Positions 1-7,000 of a DNA stretch of 64,000 nucleotides are shown here, piece after piece. Under the pieces are notes generated by a model, which made no database searches, was not told the DNA's origin, and saw nothing but the letters and a program-made list of their open reading frames with translations. The position numbers were made by a program, and so were the translations under genes. Positions within the stretch are counted from its first letter, which is position 1, and every line of letters begins with the position of its first letter. The stretch comes from an uncultured Clostridium sp. (GTDB taxonomy: Bacteria > Bacillota > Clostridia > TANB77 > CAG-508), in contig CANONT010000002.1 of assembly GCA_947567695.1 (NCBI GenBank), forward strand, positions 23,636 to 87,635. Direction: 5' to 3'.

Positions 1-247
1 TCTTAGTTTTACCAATAGGAACTTTCCCCCAGTTTTCAAAATATATTGGCAACTGTTTTATTTCCCAATTTTCATTGCTTTCATCATATTCCTCTGGTGT
101 CTTTAATCTTAAAATATGACCATAAGCCCACGTTACTATATAATTTCCTTTTTCAAAATATCCTTCTTTGTTACTTACTTTCCCATCTATTGCATTTACT
201 ATTGATTTTGCAAGTTCTGGTTTTTCTGCAATTATTAAACTTTTCAT
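1..247 (-). CDS. topB: DNA topoisomerase III, N-terminal Toprim portion (runs off the window edge; start codon at 247)
   Basis: Minus-strand translation from the ATG at 247-245 gives MKSLIIAEKPELAKSIVNAIDGK...YIVTWAYGHILRLKTPEEYDESNENWEIKQLPIYFENW. This matches the topo III N-terminus pattern (IAEKPS...VTWCIGHLLE...W.L..LPI). Confidence 0.7.
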   Translation of the reverse strand, partial: MKSLIIAEKPELAKSIVNAIDGKVSNKEGYFEKGNYIVTWAYGHILRLKTPEEYDESNENWEIKQLPIYFENWGKVPIGKTK

Positions 248-261
248 CTGTACCTACTTTC

Positions 262-480
262 TTAAAGATAAATAATTTTATCATTTTTATCTTTATATCT
301 ATTTTTCTTATTTTGCTTTTTTATTTCTTTTGATTTCTTTATATATTCTGACTGTTCTAAATTTTCAAATTCTCTTTCTTCATCAGTTTTACTTTGATTT
401 CCTACAACAATACAACAATATAAAAGAAAAACTATACAAAAAAGCACTATTGTTATGAATACTGTTATAAAAATAGCCAT
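262..480 (-). CDS. small hypothetical membrane protein (hydrophobic N-terminus, charged tail)
   Basis: 72-aa ORF in the same leftward operon immediately upstream of topB. One predicted TM segment followed by a K/E-rich tail. No recognisable family. Confidence 0.25.
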   Translation of the reverse strand: MAIFITVFITIVLFCIVFLLYCCIVVGNQSKTDEEREFENLEQSEYIKKSKEIKKQNKKNRYKDKNDKIIYL

Positions 481-641
481 TTTTCAATGTTCCTCCATTA
501 TCCTTTGCTAAAAAATACACCGAAGTGTATGCCATCTTTAAATCCTCTTAACATTTTTAGCTCTAAAAGAGGACTAGAAAGCTTGTCTTTCTAAGTGTAA
601 CCAGAAAAACCTCCGTTTTTCTTATCCTGCCACTAAATTTC

Positions 642-1100
642 TTACGAAATTTTAGTGGAACACGCAAGTTGCTTTAGTTTGAGATTGTTTTTACATACCT
701 TGCAAATCTTTTCTTTACTTGACTTTGTTCCAAATTCTTTATTACACAACTTGCATTTTTTTATTTTATAACTTCTTAAAACTAACATTTCTTTGTTCCA
801 ATATGGATATTTACTTTTCAAATATTTTTCATACTTTTGTTCTAATTGTACTTTTTCTTTACCTATTGAATTATCAAATTCTTTATGACAAATATCACAT
901 AATTCTAAAATATTTTCCTCAATACCTAGTCCACCAAATTGCCTTGCTATAAAATGAGCATTAGGTTGTCCTATTCCTTTTTTATTTTTACAATTAATAC
1001 ACATTCCATTATCTCTAATTGCTACTGATACTTTTACATCATAAGGAATATCAGTAGGATTCTTTTTTATTCTTTGGCGTATTTTCCTAATTGATCTCAC
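642..1100 (-). CDS. HNH endonuclease (phage-type)
   Basis: 152 aa with a Cys-x2-Cys...His...Asn...Cys-x2-His arrangement (CINCKNKKG...HFIARQFGG...NILELCDICH) typical of HNH nucleases. Sits in the phage-like early region. Confidence 0.55.
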   Translation of the reverse strand: MRSIRKIRQRIKKNPTDIPYDVKVSVAIRDNGMCINCKNKKGIGQPNAHFIARQFGGLGIEENILELCDICHKEFDNSIGKEKVQLEQKYEKYLKSKYPYWNKEMLVLRSYKIKKCKLCNKEFGTKSSKEKICKVCKNNLKLKQLACSTKIS

Positions 1101-1137
1101 ATATTATCACTTCTTTCTCTTTTGTTTCTTATCTATC

Positions 1138-1674
1138 TTATAATTTTAGTGCATAAATTCCAAATACTCTTACAGCTAGTTCTTCATATAGTTCATTCCT
1201 TGCATAATAAAATGTTCTGCCATATCCCAAGTTGTGTTCATACAAAAATTGTTTAATCTCTTTTCCTTCCATATACACTTCTGATAATATTGCAATTTTC
1301 AATTCGCTTTTTGGTTTCATAGAAATTTCAGTTTCTTTTATGTATTCCTCAAACGTACCTTCTAAAAAGTTCAAAAATAATCTAGTTTGTAAATGCTTTT
1401 TATATAAGGATTCTAAATAAATCTCTTTATTTGAAAAAACTTCTTTCATCATTTTTTCAATTTCTTTTTGTTTTGCCTGGTCTATTTCTTCTTTACTAAA
1501 CTTTACGTTTTCAACCTGTGCTGTGAATTGTTTTAAAGTTTTGTAATTTTCTAAAATAACAATTATATTATTTAAACATCTATCAAAACTCATCTTCCTA
1601 ACATCTATTTTAGATAATTCTTCTTTAATTACTTCTCTCATCTTCTCTAAAAATTCATTATTAGTTTGATTCAT
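1138..1674 (-). CDS. hypothetical phage-region protein
   Basis: 178-aa ORF tightly packed with neighbouring minus-strand genes. No motif I can assign. Confidence 0.4.
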   Translation of the reverse strand: MNQTNNEFLEKMREVIKEELSKIDVRKMSFDRCLNNIIVILENYKTLKQFTAQVENVKFSKEEIDQAKQKEIEKMMKEVFSNKEIYLESLYKKHLQTRLFLNFLEGTFEEYIKETEISMKPKSELKIAILSEVYMEGKEIKQFLYEHNLGYGRTFYYARNELYEELAVRVFGIYALKL

Positions 1675-1701
1675 TTCAAAATCCTCCTTAACTGTTTATT
1701 T

Positions 1702-1980
1702 TTAACTCCTATCTTCTAAATATATACTGAAGACTTTTCTCTCTTCATCATAATAGAAATTCGATATGTATTGTTTTAAAATTTTTTCATTTAATACAAG
1801 TCTTAATCTTTTACGAATGTTTTCTTCTGAATCAAAATAATATAATCCAAAATATATCCAATCATTTTCTCCAACTGTATCTAAACATATTCTTATAACT
1901 CTTGTTAAAGGAATATCTTTATCATTAGTTATTCTAAAATCATATTTTAATAGAAATTCTTCTAAATTAACTTCTTCCAT
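1702..1980 (-). CDS. hypothetical protein
   Basis: 92-aa ORF in the minus-strand early operon of the mobile element. Confidence 0.35.
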   Translation of the reverse strand: MEEVNLEEFLLKYDFRITNDKDIPLTRVIRICLDTVGENDWIYFGLYYFDSEENIRKRLRLVLNEKILKQYISNFYYDEERKVFSIYLEDRS

Positions 1981-1994
1981 TTGGACCTCCTATA

Positions 1995-2177
1995 TTAAAT
2001 GAGATGTTTAGCCTTATACATATCAATATCTTTCTCAACCTGTATTATTTTCTTTTGATAATTTTCTTCTGTATTTGGAACTTTAAATTTACATTTTTTG
2101 CAATCCTTAACTTTCAATATGCCACAAACATAATTACTCTTTTCATATAAACAATATTTTCCATCAAGCTCCTTCAT
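1995..2177 (-). CDS. small Cys-containing hypothetical protein
   Basis: 60-aa ORF with CxxxxxxxxCKKCK-like cysteines. Overlaps the upstream gene start by 14 nt, suggesting translational coupling. Confidence 0.3.
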   Translation of the reverse strand: MKELDGKYCLYEKSNYVCGILKVKDCKKCKFKVPNTEENYQKKIIQVEKDIDMYKAKHLI

Positions 2178-2673
2178 TATTTCCCCTTTCTTTTTGTTTT
2201 AATTTTTTAAAAATATTAGGTTTTTCTTTGGAAGATGATAGTAACATCTTTCGATTTTCTAAAAGTATTCTTTCATTTTTTATAGCCATTTCTCTCCAAA
2301 TTTCTTTATCTTTATACTCCTTATTTTTTTCATCTTTCCAATTTTCTGCTTGTTTTTTCCAATCTTCAGCTTGATTCTTGTAATATTCTAGTTTATCTTT
2401 GTACCACTCTTTTTCTTTTTGTAAAATTTTAACTTCTTGCTCTAATACAATTTTATCTTCTTTTACATTTTTATTTTTTCTTTTAGATTGGTCTATTTCA
2501 GCAAATCTTCGCCTTAAATATTCTGCTCCTTCCTGATTTATTACATTTTTCCCCTTTTCATTTTTATACATATATCCTTTTTCTATTAGTTCTTTTTTGT
2601 AATGAGCTAATAGTGCTAAAGATTTATTAAACATTATACTAATCTCTTTTTGCGTATAAACTTTTTGCCCCAT
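2164..2673 (-). CDS. hypothetical phage protein with N-terminal putative DNA-binding region and K/E-rich coiled-coil
   Basis: 169 aa. N-terminus (QKEISIMFNKSLALLAHYKKELIEKGY) looks HTH-like; the rest is a charged coiled-coil (KEKEWYKDKLEYYKNQAEDWKKQAENWKDEK). Confidence 0.4.
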   Translation of the reverse strand: MGQKVYTQKEISIMFNKSLALLAHYKKELIEKGYMYKNEKGKNVINQEGAEYLRRRFAEIDQSKRKNKNVKEDKIVLEQEVKILQKEKEWYKDKLEYYKNQAEDWKKQAENWKDEKNKEYKDKEIWREMAIKNERILLENRKMLLSSSKEKPNIFKKLKQKERGNNEGA

Positions 2674-2711
2674 TACAATTCCTCCAATTTCTTTTGTAAT
2701 AAAATTAAATT

Positions 2712-2972
2712 TTATAAGTTTTTTATATAATGCTTATAATCCTCTTTACATTTATATAAAAATTTTCTGGTAAAACCTATTTTTAGGAGTAATATAATTC
2801 GTTCTCTTTCAAAAAATTTGTCTGTTCTCTTAAACATTAGATTGAATATTAAATAAATATTTCTAATGATGATATATGGTAAATTTAATATAAACTCTAA
2901 TGCTACAAGTAAATAGAATAAAACAAATCTTATTACTCCTAATGCCTTTAATTGCATAATAATCTGTTTCAT
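2712..2972 (-). CDS. small hypothetical membrane protein
   Basis: 86-aa hydrophobic ORF between the coiled-coil gene and the replisome organizer. Confidence 0.25.
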   Translation of the reverse strand: MKQIIMQLKALGVIRFVLFYLLVALEFILNLPYIIIRNIYLIFNLMFKRTDKFFERERIILLLKIGFTRKFLYKCKEDYKHYIKNL

Positions 2973-3015
2973 TTCTAACTCCTAAAAATATAAAAAAACA
3001 TAAAATTATACTCTT

Positions 3016-4044
3016 TTAACCTAGTAATTCCTCTTGCAAACAAGCTATTAAATAGCTTACAAATCTTTCCAAGTCTGATTTATCAACGTACTTCATTGCT
3101 TTTTTATATCTAAAATTAAAATTTTCTGTATTTAATTTATAAAGTAAAAAATTATATGGACTTTTAGAAAATTCATCTATAACGTAATATTGAATAAGCA
3201 AATCTTTTTGTCTATCTTTTGTCATAATCTCCAATGCTTTTTCATCTGGTAAATATAGTTCTAGTTTTTTAAGTGTATTTATTACTAAAAACATTCTAGC
3301 TTGTTCTTTTTGTTGCTCTTCTGTGAGAGAAAAATCTAATTGTTTTTTCACTTCATATTTATTTATATAATTAAATATAATTTCAAGTGTAGTGTAGTCT
3401 AGTGTAGTGTTATTTTGCTCTAGTTCTTGCTCTAAATCTTGTTCTTGCTCTTTCTCTCCGTTACCATTACGTTTCATTTGTGTTACATTGTAACGCTGTG
3501 CCTTCAAATCCAGATTTTGCAATATTTTCAAATTTTCGTCATTATCATCTTGCGTTACATTTTCGTTACATTGTAACGCTTTTGAATTTTCCACTTCTGT
3601 TCCAATTGTTTCAATTGTTTCGCCTTCTATTTGTAACTGATTATTGTTACATTGTAACGCCTTTTGTCTTTCTCTGAATCTTCTTACTCTATCTGTACTA
3701 CTACCTTCTGAGCCAATTAAATTTTGTAAAGATAACAAATAAAGAGAATTATCATCTAGTCTTTCGATTGCCCCTGTCTTTAATAATACATTTATAAGTA
3801 ATCTTACATTATTTACTGGTTCATCAATTAACATTGCTATTTCTTCTTCTGCAGATGGTAATAATCTTTCATATTTTAAAAATCCTTCTGTTTTTAAACT
3901 TATCAATTGAATTTTTAAATATGTTATTAGCAAACTATCTCCTGCTGGTAATGATTTTAGATATTTTTCAGTTGTACCACTAAACCAATCCTCTTTTAGT
4001 TTTAACCAAAAATATCTTTTTTGTTTTCCTTTTTTCTTTGCCAT
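3016..4044 (-). CDS. phage replisome organizer / replication initiation protein (DnaD-like N-terminal domain)
   Basis: The N-terminus MAKKKGKQKRYFWLKLKEDWFSG is the hallmark start of phage replisome-organizer N-terminal domains. The ATG at 4044 follows AAAAGGAGAA at the canonical spacing; the longer ORF to 4119 is probably an upstream extension. The internal repeated protein segment (KALQCN...) is encoded by DNA iterons. Confidence 0.6.
   Translation of the reverse strand: MAKKKGKQKRYFWLKLKEDWFSGTTEKYLKSLPAGDSLLITYLKIQLISLKTEGFLKYERLLPSAEEEIAMLIDEPVNNVRLLINVLLKTGAIERLDDNSLYLLSLQNLIGSEGSSTDRVRRFRERQKALQCNNNQLQIEGETIETIGTEVENSKALQCNENVTQDDNDENLKILQNLDLKAQRYNVTQMKRNGNGEKEQEQDLEQELEQNNTTLDYTTLEIIFNYINKYEVKKQLDFSLTEEQQKEQARMFLVINTLKKLELYLPDEKALEIMTKDRQKDLLIQYYVIDEFSKSPYNFLLYKLNTENFNFRYKKAMKYVDKSDLERFVSYLIACLQEELLG
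3482..3660. repeat. iteron array inside the replisome-organizer gene: three copies of the palindromic 15-mer GTTACATTGTAACGC
   Basis: Exact copies at 3482-3496, 3565-3579 and 3646-3660, spaced about 82 bp (close to 8 helical turns). A half-site CGTTACATTTT lies at 3552. Short direct repeats sit nearby (CAATTGTTT x2 at 3603-3622; AGTGTAGTGTAGT at 3388-3412). Confidence 0.6.
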
Positions 4045-4088
4045 AATAATTTCTCCTTTTCTCTTGTATATTTTTTTAATTCTTTTGC

Positions 4089-4295
4089 TTACCTCAAATA
4101 TTCCCTGATTCTTTGACAAATTATTAATGGTCTTTCATATAATAATTTTTTAAATTCTAAATACCAATTAACCAAATTTATATCATTTTCATTATTAATT
4201 AAAAAATCCATTAGCTTTTCTGCTGTGCTATATTTCTTATTTAATATGAATTGATATATAAACCTTAAAAACTCTTTTCTAATAAACTCGCTCAT
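4089..4295 (-). CDS. small hypothetical protein (first gene of the leftward early operon)
   Basis: 68-aa ORF just downstream of the switch region. No clear HTH, so its role as a Cro analogue is uncertain. Confidence 0.3.
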   Translation of the reverse strand: MSEFIRKEFLRFIYQFILNKKYSTAEKLMDFLINNENDINLVNWYLEFKKLLYERPLIICQRIREYLR

Positions 4296-4351
4296 AGTTT
4301 TCTCCTATTTTGCTGTAATAAAATTATATTTTTTAATATTCACATATTTTT

Positions 4352-4665
4352 TGTATCAATTGTCTGTACTTCTAATTTAAAAATAAAATTCTAATTTAAT
4401 AGAACTCTCACACATTAGTATCAATTTGTTGTACTTTATATGTAAAAAATAAATTGTTACAATGTCCACTTTATTATTAGAATTGTATCAATTGTCTGTA
4501 CTTATTTTTCAAAAAAAATATGTTTTTGCTTTTGTTTAGCCATTTTTCATACTCTTTCCTCCTTTTTTTACATCTAATTTAAACTTAAGTTCAATAAAAT
4601 ATATATCACTCTTATTAAAATGTGTCAAGATATTTTAATAAAAAAGTACAGATAATTGATATTTT
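4352..4665. promoter_or_regulatory. lysogeny-switch operator cluster: four copies of a ~19-bp site (TATCAATTGTCTGTACTT) in the divergent intergenic region
   Basis: Near-identical TTGTATCAATTGTCTGTACTT at 4352-4373 and 4483-4504. A variant TAGTATCAATTTGTTGTACTTT at 4415-4437. An inverted copy AAGTACAGATAATTGATAT at 4646-4665. Spacing is about 65 bp; the sites lie between the leftward early genes and the rightward XRE repressor gene. Confidence 0.5.
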
Positions 4666-4679
4666 TTTGTAAAATGACT

Positions 4680-4708
4680 TGATTAATTTCGCTTTTTTCT
4701 TTATAATG
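4680..4708 (+). promoter_or_regulatory. sigma-A-type promoter for the repressor gene (TTGATT -17 bp- TATAAT)
   Basis: cTTGATTaatttcgcttttttcttTATAATg lies about 120 bp upstream of the XRE gene start. An operator copy (4646-4665) sits immediately upstream. Confidence 0.45.
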
Positions 4709-4827
4709 TATTAAAGGTTAATTAAATGAAGCAAATTTAAGTTGCTATTTTTAACTTTATTGAAATTGCAATTTAACTTAAATTCAACTTAAATAAATAT
4801 ATCCAAATTAACTGAAAGGAGTTTTTT

Positions 4828-5298
4828 ATGCCAAAAGATAATAAAAAAAACAACAATAATGATATTATATATAATTCTAGTTTTGGAAAAAATTTAGAAA
4901 AACTTTTGGATCAATTACAAATGAAAAAAGTTGATTTAGCAAAAGGTATTGGAGTTACAAAAGGAACTATCACAAATATTTGTAAAGGTTATAATTATCC
5001 TCACGTTTCTACAGTATTAAAAATTTGTAATTTTTTAAATGTTGATATTGAAGTTCTTACTAATTCAGATCCACAATTGAAAATACTTGCTGAATCTGCT
5101 CAAACGTATTCTTTTCTAAAAGAAACCTTAGTTAGTGTTGGTGCATTAAAAGCTGATGAAGAAATAAAAAAAGAACATCTTGAATTATTTGAAAAGGTTA
5201 TTAAGGATAATAAAAAGCTTTATCAAGAGCCTGATAAAGCTTTAGAATCTGCAAAACTAATTGTTGTTCCTGTTGAAAACCTTCCTAATAATGATTAA
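4828..5298 (+). CDS. XRE-family HTH transcriptional regulator (CI-like repressor of the mobile element)
   Basis: RBS AAAGGAG upstream of the ATG. The HTH region (LEKLLDQLQMKKVDLAKGIGVTKGTITNICKG) is typical of the Cro/CI HTH_XRE family. It sits between the integrase and the early operon. Confidence 0.65.
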   Translation: MPKDNKKNNNNDIIYNSSFGKNLEKLLDQLQMKKVDLAKGIGVTKGTITNICKGYNYPHVSTVLKICNFLNVDIEVLTNSDPQLKILAESAQTYSFLKETLVSVGALKADEEIKKEHLELFEKVIKDNKKLYQEPDKALESAKLIVVPVENLPNND

Positions 5299-5493
5299 GA
5301 TTTGTTCTTTTGTATATCCTTCATTTCTTAATTGTTTGTAAAGTTCATAATACTTGATGAAATTTTGATTTTTTTCGACATTTTTTGCACTCATCTTTCC
5401 CTTGCCCATATTTTAGCATAAATTTACAATATTTTCAAGTTTTATGTATACCTAATAACTGCAAGCGTAGCGTTTTAGCTTGCAGTTATTTTT

Positions 5494-6762
5494 TTATGAT
5501 GATAAAGCAAATTGCTCAAATTTTTCGACTACATCATTATTCATTTTAGCTGTTACTCTTACATATATCTCATAAGTTGTTTTTATTGTACTATGACCTA
5601 ATCTTTTTGAAACAGCTTTTATATCTGCTCCTGCTTCAATTAATCTTGTTGCGTGTGTATCTCTAAAATCGTGAAATCTACAGTTTATTCCTAATTCATA
5701 ATGAATTACCTTAAACGGATATTTACAAGTATCTGTTCCTTCAAATACTCCATTATGTTTTACAAATACAAGATCAACTTCTGGTAAAGCAATATCTAAT
5801 TCTGAATAAGCATTTAATATTTTTATCTCTGGTTTATTATTATAATAATTAGATGTTTCTTTCATATAATGTTTCATATATAAATTGCCATATTCTTCTT
5901 TATTTCTTTCTTGTTCTGCTTTAAATTCCTTTAAAGCATTTACTAAAGTATCTCCAATTTCAATAGTCCTATAACTACTTTTTGTTTTACAAGTACCAAA
6001 ATACCATACTGTTGTCGCTTTACCACTTATATGTCTTCCGTGTGTAGCTCCATTTTGGTTCTTTTTTAAAATATTTTTATTGACAGTTAGTGTCTTCTTT
6101 TCTAAATCTATGTCATTCCAGGTTAGTCCAAATACTTCTGAAACTCTTAATCCTGTATGATAAGCTGTTAGTATTGCATAATAAAATGCGTGGTTATTTT
6201 GAAATCTTTCAAGAATTATTTCAATTTCTTCTTTACTAAATATATGAGCAGGATCTTCTTCTGGAACATCATATCTTGGGATTCTTACTTTTAATGCAGG
6301 ATTTTCTTTTACAAATCCTACTACATCTGTTGCATACGAAAATGATGTTTTTAATACCTTCAATATATTTTTCATAAAGTTCTTTGAAAAAGCTTTTTCT
6401 ACATATAAATTGTTTAAAAATTCTTGAAGTGTAGATGTCGTTATTTGTGATAACCTATAAAATCCTAATCTTGGTTTAATATGATTTTTTATAATGTTTG
6501 AATATGCCTGTATCGTATGATACTTTAAATTAATCTGACAATGTTCTCTAAGCCAATAATCTAAATAATCTGAATATGACATTGTATTTGGCGTAAAACT
6601 GTGTCCTGTTTGCGTATATTCGTTATACGCTATTATGCCTGCCTTCTCTGCTTCTGCTTTGGTTTTAAAACCTGATTTGTTGACGTATTTTCTTGTTCCA
6701 TCAACTGGTGCAATCTCAAATTGATATTGATACACCTTTCCCCTTTTTCTTACATTAACCAT
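5494..6762 (-). CDS. int: tyrosine-type site-specific integrase (AP2-like arm-binding N-domain)
   Basis: MVNVRKRGKVYQYQFEIAPVDGTRKYVNKSGFKTKAEAEKAG is an arm-type DNA-binding domain. The core-binding and catalytic domains carry R...HDFRDTHATRLIEAGADIKAVSKRLGHSTIKTTYEIYVRV with the conserved R, H-x-x-R and Y. GGAG lies 7 nt before the ATG at 6762; the track ORF to 7107 is an upstream read-through into the secA tail. Confidence 0.85.
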   Translation of the reverse strand: MVNVRKRGKVYQYQFEIAPVDGTRKYVNKSGFKTKAEAEKAGIIAYNEYTQTGHSFTPNTMSYSDYLDYWLREHCQINLKYHTIQAYSNIIKNHIKPRLGFYRLSQITTSTLQEFLNNLYVEKAFSKNFMKNILKVLKTSFSYATDVVGFVKENPALKVRIPRYDVPEEDPAHIFSKEEIEIILERFQNNHAFYYAILTAYHTGLRVSEVFGLTWNDIDLEKKTLTVNKNILKKNQNGATHGRHISGKATTVWYFGTCKTKSSYRTIEIGDTLVNALKEFKAEQERNKEEYGNLYMKHYMKETSNYYNNKPEIKILNAYSELDIALPEVDLVFVKHNGVFEGTDTCKYPFKVIHYELGINCRFHDFRDTHATRLIEAGADIKAVSKRLGHSTIKTTYEIYVRVTAKMNNDVVEKFEQFALSS

Positions 6763-6857
6763 TGTTATCGCTCCTTTACTAATTATTTTAGTAAAATGAA
6801 ACTCAACAATAAAAATGCCAGTACCGATCGAAATACTGACATTTAATATATTCAAAA

Positions 6858-6947
6858 TTTGTTCGCAAGGAGCTTTTAACTGATATAAAAGGGGTTCAGG
6901 TTTTTTTGTGAACATTTTTATATGATTGCGAACAAATTGCGAACATT
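6858..6947. repeat. inverted and direct repeats of TTGTTCGCAA / TTGCGAACA between int and secA (candidate integrase arm sites or attachment region)
   Basis: TTTGTTCGCAA at 6858-6868. TTGCGAACAAATTGCGAACATT at 6926-6947. A related TGTGAACAT at 6908-6916. All lie in the 240 bp between the integrase start and the secA stop. Confidence 0.35.
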
Positions 6948-7000
6948 CTGCTATATTTTTATGTTTTTTTGCTATTGCACAATCGCTGAAAGTGTTGATA

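Noticed and set aside
46-333. Plus-strand 95-aa ORF and many other short track ORFs antisense to real genes (e.g. 719-952, 1232-1420, 3480-3677, 6922-7153, 15849-16034 W-rich, 17006-17263, 20978-21295, 26303-26521, 33568-33879, 47136-47576)
   Set aside because: They lie antisense to or overlapping well-supported genes. They have low-complexity or highly hydrophobic composition typical of AT-rich frame noise. They lack RBSs.
3482-3660. Evenly spaced short repeats considered as a possible CRISPR array
   Set aside because: Only three 15-bp palindromic repeats with about 68-bp unequal spacers, all inside an intact protein-coding frame and mirrored in the protein sequence. These are replication iterons, not CRISPR.
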